Source: Ruminococcus sp. (lineage in GTDB: Bacteria > Bacillota > Clostridia > Oscillospirales > Acutalibacteraceae). From it: a stretch of DNA of 64,000 nucleotides. Under the pieces are notes generated by a model. That model ran no database searches and was not told where the DNA came from. It saw only the letters and a program-made list of their open reading frames with translations. The stretch spans positions 2,889 to 66,888 of the forward strand of contig JAZRMA010000016.1 of assembly GCA_045647135.1 (NCBI GenBank), written 5' to 3'. The position numbers were made by a program, and so were the translations under genes. Shown here piece by piece: positions 1 through 9,986 of the stretch. Numbering within the stretch: the first letter of the stretch is position 1; each line of letters begins with the position of its first letter.

Positions 1-555
1 TGCATGACCTGCGGAAAGTTTACCTTCGGAAACAAGTGCCAGAACATACTCAGGGAGCTTTAAGATTCTTAAAGCATTTGCAATTGCAGGTCTTGATTTG
101 CCCACAGATGTTGAAACCTCTTCCTGAGTCATATTGTAAGTTTCCATAAGTGTACGGTAACCTAAAGCTTCTTCAACGGGATTCAGGTTTTCTCTCTGCA
201 GATTTTCGATAAGAGCAAGTTCCATGGTCTTTTTATCGTCAAGACTGCGGATAATAACAGGAATTTCTGTCAGACCTGCCATGAGTGAAGCTCTGTATCT
301 ACGCTCACCGGCAACTATCTGATATCCGCCGCCAAAAATGGGACGAACAAGTATAGGCTGAAGCACACCATTCTCTCGGATACTTTCAGAAAGCTGCAGT
401 AAAGCTTCATCATCAAATTCTGTTCTTGGCTGATCCCTGTTAGGTTCAATCTCATCTATTCGAAGAGTGAGGGCACTGCCGCTTTCGATTTCGTTTTCGC
501 CAAAAAGCTTATCAAGACCCATGCCTTCTGCAAGGCCACCTATTCTTTTTGCCAT
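1..555 (-). CDS. parB: ParB/Spo0J chromosome partitioning protein (3' end runs off the window)
   Basis: Not in the ORF track. Manual translation from ATG at 555 gives MAKRIGG...QPRTEFD...GVLQPILVR...IVAGERRYRA...ALIENLQRENLNPVEEA; directly downstream of parA. Confidence 0.95.
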   Translation of the reverse strand, partial: MAKRIGGLAEGMGLDKLFGENEIESGSALTLRIDEIEPNRDQPRTEFDDEALLQLSESIRENGVLQPILVRPIFGGGYQIVAGERRYRASLMAGLTEIPVIIRSLDDKKTMELALIENLQRENLNPVEEALGYRTLMETYNMTQEEVSTSVGKSRPAIANALRILKLPEYVLALVSEGKLSAGHA

Positions 556-556
556 A

Positions 557-1333
557 TTATGCCCTCTCTTTCTTTAAAATCTCTTTTGAAAGCTCCATAT
601 AAGCCTGTGCGCCCTTTGAGGACTTATCGTAGTAAATAACAGGTTTTCCATAGCTTGGAGCCTCGGATATACGAACTCCTCTGGGAATTGGAGTGCCGTA
701 AACTTTTCGTGGAAAATACTTTTTAACCTCGTTTGCAACCTGCTGGGTAAGAAGAAGTCTGCCGTCGTACATTGTAAGGATTACACCTTCAACGTCAAGA
801 TAAGGATTGTATGTGCGCTTAACTCTGCGAATTGTATTCATAAGCTGAGCAAGACCCTCCAGAGCATAATACTCGCACTGAATGGGAATAAGCACTGTAT
901 CTGTGCAAGTAAGAGCGTTAACTGTTACCAGATTTAAAGATGGTGGACAATCGATAACAATGTAGTCAAAATCTGCTTTTATGGGAAGTATTGCATTCTT
1001 GAGGATAGCCTCTCGTTTATCCTTGTCCACAATCTCCAGCTCTGCCGCAGCCAAATCAAGACTTGAAGGAATAACATAGAGATTCTGAAAATTTGTCTGA
1101 ATGATGCATTCCGCCGCTTTTTTATCATTTACCAGTATATCGTAGGTCGAATACTTAGCGCTTCGGCGGTCAACCCCCACGCCGCTTGTGGCATTTCCCT
1201 GAGGGTCTATGTCAATGAGAAGGGTTTTCTTGCCCAGAGCGCCGAAAGATGCAGCAATATTTACTGCACTTGTGGTTTTTCCCACGCCGCCTTTCTGGTT
1301 AGAAACCGCCATAATCTTTGCCAATAAAATCAC
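557..1333 (-). CDS. parA: ParA/Soj ATPase (likely start TTG at 1324)
   Basis: Deviant Walker A KGGVGKTT, DIDPQGNA, IDCPPS, PIQCEYYALEG. Confidence 0.97.
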   Translation of the reverse strand: MILLAKIMAVSNQKGGVGKTTSAVNIAASFGALGKKTLLIDIDPQGNATSGVGVDRRSAKYSTYDILVNDKKAAECIIQTNFQNLYVIPSSLDLAAAELEIVDKDKREAILKNAILPIKADFDYIVIDCPPSLNLVTVNALTCTDTVLIPIQCEYYALEGLAQLMNTIRRVKRTYNPYLDVEGVILTMYDGRLLLTQQVANEVKKYFPRKVYGTPIPRGVRISEAPSYGKPVIYYDKSSKGAQAYMELSKEILKKERA

Positions 1334-1474
1334 CTTTTGCTTAAAATAATGTAAATATCGAAATCTAAATCATATTTTATCACAAATCGGGAAGATTTTA
1401 AAGAGTTTTTGCAAAAAACTTAAAGAAAGATAAATTTTGAGTATGAGCAAAAGTTGACAATTCAAAATTCAAAA

Positions 1475-1490
1475 TGTTTCACGTGAAACA
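1475..1490. promoter_or_regulatory. parS centromere site
   Basis: Perfect palindrome TGTTTCACGTGAAACA upstream of parAB. Confidence 0.95.
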
Positions 1491-1636
1491 TTATAGAAGC
1501 GCACTCTCAGCTTAGTCTACAAAACTTCCATAGGACGAGCGATTTGCTGAAAAATGCAGATTTAACGATAAATAAATACGCACAAGCAAATCAGGGGAGT
1601 GTGAGAAGTTTTGCGGATCAGTGGAGCTGTAAGAGT

Positions 1637-1817
1637 GCGTGACATCGAAGCGCCGAGCACCGTAGCCTCAAAAAGTTGAGTACGACACCGCAATTTGCCG
1701 AGCAGATTGTGAATTATCCTATACATTCGCAATCAGGTAAATTCGCGGAGTACGCTGACTTTTTGAGAACAGCGTAGGTGAACGAGGCGTGACATCGAAG
1801 CGCCGAGCACCGTAGCC
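1637..1817. repeat. Two identical 31-bp direct repeats (1637-1667 and 1787-1817) inside structured REP/MITE-like units
   Basis: GCGTGACATCGAAGCGCCGAGCACCGTAGCC occurs twice, 150 bp apart, in non-coding DNA. Confidence 0.85.
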
Positions 1818-1866
1818 CTCGAAAAGCCGTGCACATTATCAAAAATCAGTAATTTTTACAAACGCC

Positions 1867-1901
1867 AAAAGACGCACGGCAGAAAAGATTTACCGTGCGC
1901 C
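1867..1901 (-). terminator. Intrinsic terminator downstream of noc
   Basis: Minus-strand hairpin GGCGCACGGTA...GCCGTGCGTC followed by TTTT. Confidence 0.7.
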
Positions 1902-1980
1902 TTGAGGCAAGGGGTTCAGATAAGGAAATGGGTATGAGTGGACGGGTGCCGAAGCACCCTAAGGGGAAAGCATAATAAAA

Positions 1981-2838
1981 TTAAGCTGTTTTTTGTGGAG
2001 ATTTTTCTTTTTTGTCAGACTTCTCCAACGCTTCCTTTTTAGGTATCTGTACTGTATATTCTATGTACTCTTCGGTTTCCATTTTCTTTGAAACCGCATT
2101 GATACCCGAAAGCCGCATTGTGTCTACAGCTTTATTGATTGTATTTACAAATATCCGCACATCACGGATTATGAATTTCTTTTCTTGTTTAGGCGATTCA
2201 GAGTCTGAAACTGTTGCCCGACACAAAAGTTTTATCACGAGGTCCTCTGTATCTTTGGCGCTTAAGTTCTCTGCAACTATTCTGCTAAGCACTTCTTTTC
2301 GAATTTCTTCTTCGCTTATCCGCAATAGTGCTCTTGCATGTCTTTCAGAGAGTCCTGCTTGCAAAATCCAATCCTGCTCTTCCATTGAAAGCTTCAGAAG
2401 CCGAAGTTTATTGGCAACTGTAGATTGCTTTTTTCCAAGTCTTGCTGCAGCATCCTCTTGAGTAAGTCCGTATTTGCGAATAAGTCGGTTAATACCTCGT
2501 GCTTCTTCAAACATATTAAGGTCTGCTCGCTGAATATTTTCAAGCAATGCAAATATGGCTGACTCTTTATCTGTACATTTTATGAGTACACAGGGTACTT
2601 TTGTAAGTCCTGCCAGTACCGCCGCACGAAGTCTGCGTTCTCCCGCAACAAGCTCATATTCTGTCTGAGATAATCTTCGAACAGTTAAAGGTTGCAAAAT
2701 GCCGTTTGTAGCAATTGATTGTGCAAGAAGCCTTAGTTCATCTTCATCAAAAGATTTTCTGGGCTGAGTTTTGTTGGGACGAATCTGAATCGTTGATATT
2801 TCCAAAACTTTGTTTTCTTCTTTTGTCAAAAACTTCAT
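1981..2838 (-). CDS. noc: Nucleoid occlusion protein Noc-like ParB paralogue
   Basis: ParB N-domain (QPRKSFD, GILQPL, VAGERRLRA), HTH, C-terminal IRDVRIFVNTI; between rsmG and parA. Start set at MKFLTK (2838). Confidence 0.8.
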   Translation of the reverse strand: MKFLTKEENKVLEISTIQIRPNKTQPRKSFDEDELRLLAQSIATNGILQPLTVRRLSQTEYELVAGERRLRAAVLAGLTKVPCVLIKCTDKESAIFALLENIQRADLNMFEEARGINRLIRKYGLTQEDAAARLGKKQSTVANKLRLLKLSMEEQDWILQAGLSERHARALLRISEEEIRKEVLSRIVAENLSAKDTEDLVIKLLCRATVSDSESPKQEKKFIIRDVRIFVNTINKAVDTMRLSGINAVSKKMETEEYIEYTVQIPKKEALEKSDKKEKSPQKTA

Positions 2839-3020
2839 ACATACCACCAAAACATTTAGTCCCTTTGTTTTCTCTTGTCTATGTCTATATTTTAGCATCA
2901 TCTGCTTTAAAATTCTGTCGCAATATGAGTAAGTTTTATGAAGCTTTATTTGGATTGCTCCCGCATAATGTCGATATAACTTAAAAAAGAGACTTCCTAT
3001 TAAGGAAGCCTCTTCTTAAG

Positions 3021-3734
3021 TTAAAGGGGTTGTTTTTTAATTTTACTATTATGTCGCGGGTAAACAGGGTGGGTATGTGTTACCTTTTTTACTGCGATGA
3101 TAGTTCTCAGACTTTCATCTGAAAGAGTATACTCCTCGACGCTTTCTACCTTTCCGCCTAAAAGTTTAAGCGCATTTTCTGCATCGCTGAGTTCTTCTGC
3201 AGCAGCAGGACCCTTCATAGCAAGAAAAACTCCATCTTTTTTTACATAGGGCAGACAATATTCCGAAAGCACATTTAATCTTGCAACAGCACGAGAGGTT
3301 GCAACATCAAATTTTTCTCTGTATCTCTTATCTTTGCCACCATCTTCAGCTCTGCTGTGAACAATCTCTGCAGAAAGCCCAAGTTCCTGCAAAACATCAC
3401 TAAGGAAAACGAGTCTTTTATTAAGTCCGTCAAGAAGAGTAAGTCTGAGATCAGGCTTTGCAATAAGCAGGGGAATACCGGGAAAACCTGCACCTGTGCC
3501 AACATCAATTATTTTTGCATTGTCTTTTAAGTCATATTTTGTTAAAAGATACAAGCTGTCACAGAAATGCTTTACTATAACTTCTTTTTCTTCAGTAATT
3601 GCTGTAAGATTCATTTTCTCATTATAATCAACGAGCATTTTATAATACTTTTCAAATCTTTCAAGAGCAAGGGGAGAGAGTTCTAATCCAATATTTTTGC
3701 ACTCATCATAAAGACACTGAGTAAAACTCATCAT
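3021..3734 (-). CDS. rsmG: 16S rRNA m7G527 methyltransferase RsmG (GidB)
   Basis: NLTAIT, KHFCDS, DVGTGAGFPG, SRAVA; synteny. Confidence 0.97.
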   Translation of the reverse strand: MMSFTQCLYDECKNIGLELSPLALERFEKYYKMLVDYNEKMNLTAITEEKEVIVKHFCDSLYLLTKYDLKDNAKIIDVGTGAGFPGIPLLIAKPDLRLTLLDGLNKRLVFLSDVLQELGLSAEIVHSRAEDGGKDKRYREKFDVATSRAVARLNVLSEYCLPYVKKDGVFLAMKGPAAAEELSDAENALKLLGGKVESVEEYTLSDESLRTIIAVKKVTHTHPVYPRHNSKIKKQPL

Positions 3735-5632
3735 TGCTCACCGCCTTTTCTTTTGCCGCTTGAAAGCCAGATAACCAGCACACTTATGTCTGCAGGAGAA
3801 ACACCCGAAATACGACTTGCCTGAGCAATGTTGCGTGGTTTAATTTTATTGAGTTTTTCCTGAGCTTCCAGACGCAGTCCGGAAATCTCTTTGTAATCTA
3901 TATCAGAAGGAAGTTCTTTTCCCTGCATTCTCTGTACCTGCTCAACTCTGTCCAACTGTTTCTTTATGTATCCTGCATACTTGATTTCAATTTCAGCTTG
4001 TTCAAATACGCTGCGAAGAAACTCGGGGCGATTTACATCCACAGATTCTAAATCTTTGTAAGAAATCTGAGGTCTTCGAAGAAGATCAGCAAGGCTTACC
4101 CCTGAAACAACAGGAGATGTTTCACGTGAAACAAGAATTTCATTAAGCTCATCGGTAGGCGAAAGGGTAGTGGAGTTTATTCGTGTAAGTTCTTCTTCTA
4201 TTTGTTCTTGTTTTTTAAGAAATGCTTCCCATCGTTTGTCGGTAACAAGGCCAATCTTTCTACCTGTAGGAGTGAGTCTCTTATCTGCATTATCCTGACG
4301 AAGAATAAGTCTGTATTCACTGCGGGATGTCATCATTCTATAAGGCTCATTTGCACCTTTTGTAATAAGATCGTCAATAAGTGTACCAATGTAGGAAGAA
4401 GATCTCTCTAAAATCATAGGCTCTTTACCGAGAACAGAAAGAGCAGCATTAACACCTGCCACAAGACCTTGTGCCGCTGCTTCCTCGTAACCACTACTAC
4501 CATTGAATTGTCCTGCACCATAAAGGCCCTCAAAATCTTTAAATTCAAGAGTAGCAGACAAAGTCAAAGGATCAACACAATCATACTCGATCGCATATGC
4601 AGGACGCATAACAACAGCATTTTCCAGACCTTTGATAGTATGATAGAACTTAATCTGCACTTCTTCCGGCAAAGAAGAAGACATTCCCTGCAGATACATT
4701 TCTTCTGTATTGATACCGCAAGGCTCAATAAACAACTGGTGTCTTTCCTTATCGGGAAATCTCATGATTTTATCCTCTAAACTAGGACAATAACGAGGGC
4801 CGATACCCTCAATCATTCCGCCGTAGAGGGGACTTCTGTGAATATTTTCAAGGATAATATTCTTTGTGTTTTCATTTGTCCAGCTGATGTGACAAACAAC
4901 CGAATTATCTCCCATATTTTCTGTCATAAAAGAGAATGCTTCGGGAGGCTCATCTCCTGCCTGCTCCTGAAGTTCCGTAAAATCAATACTTGAACGAAGT
5001 ACTCTTGCAGGAGTTCCTGTTTTAAATCTGCGAAGGGGAAGACCTAAATTACGAAGACTTGTACCAAGACGAGTTGCTGCAAAAGTACCGTCAGGGCCGC
5101 CTTCATAGGAAACCTCGCCTACATAAATTCTGCCACCAAGGTATGTACCTGTGGCAATAATAAGTTTTTTTACCGAAAATTCTGCACCCATCTGAGTAAT
5201 AATCTGCCAGGGATATTCTTCATTCTCAGTTCTCTTAACATCAATAATTTCTGCTTGACGAAGCTGAAGATTTTCTTGAACCTCCAACTTGTGCTTCATT
5301 ACAGATGCATATTTAAGTCTATCGATCTGAGCACGAAGGGAATGAACCGCAGGACCTTTTCCGCGGTTGAGCATTCTCATCTGCAAAAAACATTCATCTG
5401 CAGTTTTTCCCATTTCTCCGCCGAGTGCATCGATTTCTCGAACCAAATGACCCTTTGCTGTGCCACCAATAGAAGGATTACATGGACAATTGCCCACAGC
5501 ATCCATATTTATTGTAAATATCACAGTACTGCAACCAAGTCTTGCAGACGCTAAAGCCGCTTCAATACCTGCATGACCTGCACCAATTACTGCTACATCA
5601 AAATTTCCTGCCTTATATGTTGTCATAAACAT
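3731..5632 (-). CDS. mnmG: tRNA uridine 5-carboxymethylaminomethyl modification enzyme MnmG (GidA)
   Basis: GAGHAGIEAA, CNPSIGG, GPRYCPSLEDK, AGQFNGSSGYEEAAAQG. Confidence 0.98.
   Translation of the reverse strand: MFMTTYKAGNFDVAVIGAGHAGIEAALASARLGCSTVIFTINMDAVGNCPCNPSIGGTAKGHLVREIDALGGEMGKTADECFLQMRMLNRGKGPAVHSLRAQIDRLKYASVMKHKLEVQENLQLRQAEIIDVKRTENEEYPWQIITQMGAEFSVKKLIIATGTYLGGRIYVGEVSYEGGPDGTFAATRLGTSLRNLGLPLRRFKTGTPARVLRSSIDFTELQEQAGDEPPEAFSFMTENMGDNSVVCHISWTNENTKNIILENIHRSPLYGGMIEGIGPRYCPSLEDKIMRFPDKERHQLFIEPCGINTEEMYLQGMSSSLPEEVQIKFYHTIKGLENAVVMRPAYAIEYDCVDPLTLSATLEFKDFEGLYGAGQFNGSSGYEEAAAQGLVAGVNAALSVLGKEPMILERSSSYIGTLIDDLITKGANEPYRMMTSRSEYRLILRQDNADKRLTPTGRKIGLVTDKRWEAFLKKQEQIEEELTRINSTTLSPTDELNEILVSRETSPVVSGVSLADLLRRPQISYKDLESVDVNRPEFLRSVFEQAEIEIKYAGYIKKQLDRVEQVQRMQGKELPSDIDYKEISGLRLEAQEKLNKIKPRNIAQASRISGVSPADISVLVIWLSSGKRKGGEQ
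4118..4133. promoter_or_regulatory. Second parS site, inside the mnmG coding sequence
   Basis: Perfect TGTTTCACGTGAAACA, read as VSRET in MnmG. Confidence 0.85.
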
Positions 5633-5671
5633 TCCTCTTTATGATGAGGCTCCCTTTATTAAAGGGGCAAA

Positions 5672-7051
5672 TTATTTTCCGACGCAGAAAGAGTGGAACA
5701 CATCATCCACAACTGCATCCGAAACATTTTCTCCTGTAAGTTCAAGAAGCTTATCGATAGCATCTTCAACACAAACTGTAACTGCATCAAAAGAAAATCC
5801 TGTAAACAGCGTGTTTTGTGCTTCTTCTAACGAATTCAAAGCATTCTGTGCTGCAATTCTCTGTCGTTCGGTTGTAAGAATACCACTACAAGGGTCAAAA
5901 TCCTTTGTACCGGTTACAGTTGCAACTGCTTCTTCCAAAGCTTCTTTTCCATCACCCTTTTTTGCACTGATTTCTACAATAAAAGGGATTTTTTCTTTTA
6001 TGTATTCTATATTTATCTTTCTCTGTAAATCTGTTTTATTAATAATAGCAATTGAGGGAACATCCGAAAGACTATCTATAAGTTTTAAGTCTTCTTCCGC
6101 AAGTTCTTCACTGCTGTCAAAAACACCAAGAACGAGAGAGCAGGAAGAAAGTCTCTCAAAAGTTCTGTCAACGCCGATTTTTTCTACAATATTGTCTGTT
6201 TCTCTGATACCTGCTGTATCACAAAGATTTAAGGTAACATTACCTATAATAACAGTTTCTTCTACAACATCACGGGTTGTTCCGGGGATTTCTGTAACAA
6301 TACTTTTCTGAAAACCTGAAAGCAGATTCATAAGTGTAGATTTACCTACATTAGGTCTGCCTGCAATAACAGTATCTATTCCGTGGAGAATAGCCTGACC
6401 ACGCTCATAATCCTTAATAAGTTCTTGAAAGTCCGACTTTGCTTTATTTAATGTTTCATCAATTGCTTTTGTAGTTACCTCAGGAATATCTTCTTCGGGA
6501 TAATCCGCCCAAGCACAAAGATGTCCTGCAAGCGAAACAAGATTACTTTTAATCTCGTTTGTTTTTTTGGTGAGTGCACCTGTACGAACACTTACTGCGG
6601 CACGAGCTGCTTGTTTGCTCTTTGCAGAAATAATATCCATAACAGCCTGTGCTTCTGAAAGATCCATTTTACCGTTTAAAAAAGCTCTCTTGGTAAATTC
6701 ACCGGGCTCTGCCAGAACTGCTCCGTTTTCAAGAACGGCTCTTAACACACTTCGTGTTACATAAAGACCGCCATGACAACAAAGTTCTACCACATCTTCT
6801 CCTGTATAGCTTTTTGGATTGCGATATAAAATAGCAACAACTTCATCTATCATTTCGCCATCTTTTACCGCTTTTCCATAAGATGCTTGATAACCTGAAA
6901 GAGAAGAGAGCGGTTTCTTATTTAAAGATACAAAAACTTTATCAGCAATCTCAATAGATTTATCTCCCGATATTCTGATAATTCCGATTCCGCCTTGTCC
7001 CTGAGCAGTACTGATTGCAGCTATTGTGTTGTTACTCATCTCGCTCACCAA
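5672..7051 (-). CDS. mnmE: tRNA modification GTPase MnmE (TrmE); alternative start ATG 7039
   Basis: TIAAIST, GRPNVGKS, GTTRD, DTAG, NKTD, C-terminal FCVGK. Confidence 0.98.
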   Translation of the reverse strand: MVSEMSNNTIAAISTAQGQGGIGIIRISGDKSIEIADKVFVSLNKKPLSSLSGYQASYGKAVKDGEMIDEVVAILYRNPKSYTGEDVVELCCHGGLYVTRSVLRAVLENGAVLAEPGEFTKRAFLNGKMDLSEAQAVMDIISAKSKQAARAAVSVRTGALTKKTNEIKSNLVSLAGHLCAWADYPEEDIPEVTTKAIDETLNKAKSDFQELIKDYERGQAILHGIDTVIAGRPNVGKSTLMNLLSGFQKSIVTEIPGTTRDVVEETVIIGNVTLNLCDTAGIRETDNIVEKIGVDRTFERLSSCSLVLGVFDSSEELAEEDLKLIDSLSDVPSIAIINKTDLQRKINIEYIKEKIPFIVEISAKKGDGKEALEEAVATVTGTKDFDPCSGILTTERQRIAAQNALNSLEEAQNTLFTGFSFDAVTVCVEDAIDKLLELTGENVSDAVVDDVFHSFCVGK

Positions 7052-7076
7052 CCTTAAATTATGTTTACATAATAAT

Positions 7077-7101
7077 AAAAGGGCGACAATCCGTCGCCCT
7101 T
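7077..7101 (-). terminator. Intrinsic terminator after jag
   Basis: AAGGGCGAC-loop-GTCGCCCTT with T-run on the minus strand. Confidence 0.7.
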
Positions 7102-7129
7102 TAGTACCGACGGGCCAAATCCGCCGAAA

Positions 7130-7909
7130 TTATTTATCAATTCTGCCGTAGAGAGCAGCACCCTCACCCTCGTTGATAGGAGTACGCTGAACTGTTTCAG
7201 CCTCTGTATCATAAGTGCGTCTGGGACGTCTGTCGTAACCACGACCACTTCTCTGATTTCGGTTATTTCTGCGAGGAGCTTTAGGATCCGGACCAATAAC
7301 AACATGACGGTTAAGGTTTTCTCCTTCACTCCAGGAAGTAGCACCGTTTACTTTTTGAACAGCAGTGTGGATAATACGTCTCTCGTAAGGGTTCATAGGC
7401 TCAAGACTTGTTTTATAACCTGTTTTAACAGCCTTAAAAGCAAGTTTTCTGCCTAATATTTCAAGTGTTTTTTCTCTTTTTTCGCGATAATCACCTGTGT
7501 TGATAGTAACTTTGAAGTATGCATTATCAACATGGTTAGCAACTAAACTTGTAAGATATTGAAGAGCATCAAGTGTTTCGCCGCGTCTGCCGATAACAGA
7601 GCCGACTTCTTCGCCTTCAAGATTAATTTCTACACCACTGTCTTCATTTTCTTTAATTTCAACAGTGATACTCTCAAGACCCATTGCCTTGAGTACATCT
7701 TTTATAAAATCTTCTGCTGCCTGAGCAGGAGTTGCTTTAATAAAAGCTCTGACTTTAGCAGGGCATCCTCCAAACAGACCAAGAATTTTCTTTTCTGCTC
7801 TCTGGATGATTTCAAACTCTGCTTCATAAGTTTCTACACCGAGCTGTCTGCAAGCATCTTCCTGTGCTAGAACTTCGGTTTCACCTACGCCAATAGCTTC
7901 TCTTACCAA
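7130..7909 (-). CDS. jag: RNA-binding protein Jag/EloR/KhpB (Jag_N, KH, R3H)
   Basis: IGRRGETLDALQYL (KH), PYERRIIH (R3H); downstream of yidC. Confidence 0.95.
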   Translation of the reverse strand: MVREAIGVGETEVLAQEDACRQLGVETYEAEFEIIQRAEKKILGLFGGCPAKVRAFIKATPAQAAEDFIKDVLKAMGLESITVEIKENEDSGVEINLEGEEVGSVIGRRGETLDALQYLTSLVANHVDNAYFKVTINTGDYREKREKTLEILGRKLAFKAVKTGYKTSLEPMNPYERRIIHTAVQKVNGATSWSEGENLNRHVVIGPDPKAPRRNNRNQRSGRGYDRRPRRTYDTEAETVQRTPINEGEGAALYGRIDK

Positions 7910-7980
7910 GATATCACCTTCTTGTATATTATTTAATATAAAAAGTAATTATTTTCTTTGTTAAGTACAGTATAATCTGA

Positions 7981-8898
7981 TTATCTGATTTTTCTGTAGC
8001 TTGCTTCTTTCTTTTCGAGAAGAGCTACTCTTGCTGCTTCGCCCTTTGCAATCATCATTCCGGGTCCGTAATAATGATGTAAAATCAAAGACTGAACAAA
8101 ACCAAGAACAGTTGAGCAAATCCAATAAAAACCAACTGCTGCAGGAACACTGTAAGAAATGTATGCAGAGAACAGGGGAAGAAGTAAAATCATTAACTTC
8201 ATGCATCCCTGCTGAGGCTGAGGATTACCCTTGCTGTTGAGTCTCTGAATAATAACCTGAGAACCAACAGATGTTACAAAGCTGAGTACAGGAATCATAA
8301 GATACCAGGAAAAACCGTAATCACTGGGTGTTTCCATAAGGTTGAATCCCATAAAATTAAAACTGTCACAGAATCCGCTGATCTGGTCAATAGAAAGACT
8401 TGAATCTGCAAAACAATTTCTTACGGATTCAACATCAAAATACTTCATAATATCAATTTCACTGCCGTAATTAGCGGAAGGAATAATATTAACACCAGGT
8501 ATTGCAATCAATGCATTTTTTGCATTCTCGATAGCTGCACTGTCAAGATGAAGAGTATTTGAAAGCGGATTTGCAACCGCCATATAAACACCAATCATCA
8601 GAAACATTGGAATAAGAGTAGAAAGACAGCCGCCGTAAGGACTAACACCTTCCTGAGCATAGAGTTTTTGAGTTTCTTCCTGAATCTTTTCTTTATTATT
8701 ACCGTATTTTTCGCGGATTTCTCTCTGCTTCGCCTGAAGTCTTGAGTTTTTAGCCATTGTCTTCTGCTGTTTTACAGAAGAAGGGAAAAGCAAAAGCTTA
8801 GTAATGATAGTAAAAATAAAAATAGCAAAAGCATAATTATGTATCAGCTGATAAACAGCCCAGAGTACATAACCAAAAAGGCTTCCTATAAATCCCAT
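7981..8898 (-). CDS. yidC: Membrane protein insertase YidC/SpoIIIJ (housekeeping copy)
   Basis: TKLLLFP, GVSPYGGCL, VPAAVGFYW; canonical rnpA-yidD-yidC-jag order. Start set at MGFIGS. Confidence 0.93.
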   Translation of the reverse strand: MGFIGSLFGYVLWAVYQLIHNYAFAIFIFTIITKLLLFPSSVKQQKTMAKNSRLQAKQREIREKYGNNKEKIQEETQKLYAQEGVSPYGGCLSTLIPMFLMIGVYMAVANPLSNTLHLDSAAIENAKNALIAIPGVNIIPSANYGSEIDIMKYFDVESVRNCFADSSLSIDQISGFCDSFNFMGFNLMETPSDYGFSWYLMIPVLSFVTSVGSQVIIQRLNSKGNPQPQQGCMKLMILLLPLFSAYISYSVPAAVGFYWICSTVLGFVQSLILHHYYGPGMMIAKGEAARVALLEKKEASYRKIR

Positions 8899-8902
8899 AA
8901 GC

Positions 8903-9142
8903 TTAACCTTTCTTTCGGGTCTTTTGTTTTTTCTGCGGTACAGGGTCATAACCGCCTTTTGAAAAAGGATTGCACCGCAAGAATCTCCAAAGTGCCAGAG
9001 CTGTTCCCTTAAAAGCACCGAAGCGTTCTATTGCTTCATACCCATACTGAGAGCAAGTAGGATAATACTTGCAAGCAGGAGGTTTTCGAGGGGAGATTCT
9101 TTTCTGATAAAAACGAATTAATTTAAGCAGAAATTTTTTCAT
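8903..9142 (-). CDS. yidD: Membrane protein insertion efficiency factor YidD
   Basis: [10 protein letters not shown]...[14 protein letters not shown]. Confidence 0.97.
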   Translation of the reverse strand: MKKFLLKLIRFYQKRISPRKPPACKYYPTCSQYGYEAIERFGAFKGTALALWRFLRCNPFSKGGYDPVPQKKQKTRKKG

Positions 9143-9486
9143 TATATATCCTCGCAGAGAATACCAGCCTGAGAGAGATGATTTCTCATACTTTTAAGGA
9201 TATCCGTACTTTTACGAAAAGGAGTTTTAGTACGTGCAACAAATACTATATCGTATCCAGAGCGTATATGCCCACTAATATTTCGGTAAGCTGCTCTTAT
9301 AATACGTCTTGAGCGATTACGCTCTACGGCTTTTCCAATTTTTTTACCGGTAGTTATTCCGATACGAAGGTTATTGTTTTTATTTTTTATAATGTAAGTA
9401 ACGAGATCCGGCGAGACATACGATTTACCTTTTGAGTATGCTCGCCTGAACTCTCTGTTTTCTTTTAAAGTGATAAGCTCACTCAT
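9142..9486 (-). CDS. rnpA: Ribonuclease P protein component
   Basis: RNR motif [14 protein letters not shown]. Confidence 0.97.
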   Translation of the reverse strand: MSELITLKENREFRRAYSKGKSYVSPDLVTYIIKNKNNNLRIGITTGKKIGKAVERNRSRRIIRAAYRNISGHIRSGYDIVFVARTKTPFRKSTDILKSMRNHLSQAGILCEDI

Positions 9487-9599
9487 TAATAACCACCTGT
9501 TTTTCTCTCAGTGGCAATATAGCCGTAACTTTCTGCTGATAAAAAGAAAGACCACAGTACGTGGTCCTCACTTTTAAGTTAGTAAGAAAATCTCTTAAC

Positions 9600-9734
9600 T
9601 TAGTAAGAAAGTCTCTTTCTGCCTTTTGCTCTTCTGCGAGCAAGAACCTTGCGTCCGTTTCTATCGGACATTCTCTTTCTGAAGCCGTGCTCCTTCTTTC
9701 TATGGAGCTTCTTGGGTTGATATGTTCTGAGCAT
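9600..9734 (-). CDS. rpmH: 50S ribosomal protein L34 (44 aa)
   Basis: [22 protein letters not shown]...; AAAGGAGG RBS upstream of ATG 9734. Confidence 0.98.
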   Translation of the reverse strand: MLRTYQPKKLHRKKEHGFRKRMSDRNGRKVLARRRAKGRKRLSY

Positions 9735-9773
9735 ATTAATCCTCCTTTCGGATACATAACCTTGCAATATAGC

Positions 9774-9802
9774 ATTATACTTGAAATTTTCCGTATAGTC
9801 AA
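9774..9802 (-). promoter_or_regulatory. SigA promoter of the rpmH operon
   Basis: TTGACT-17 bp-TATAAT. Confidence 0.75.
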
Positions 9803-9986
9803 TATAATTTTTAATTTTTTTCTTCTTTTTTCGAATATATTTTTTTCTTAAAATTTTCAAACAGAATCATATACTACATCTTGTATTTATTCAGTGTTTA
9901 ACATACAATTTGCAGATATTTGTTTTGCTCATATTTAGGACTATATTATAGATGGTATAATTACATATATATATGTGAAAAAACTA

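Noticed and set aside
1637-1817. Possible CRISPR array
   Set aside because: Only two repeats, the 119-bp gap is too long for a spacer, and there are no cas genes
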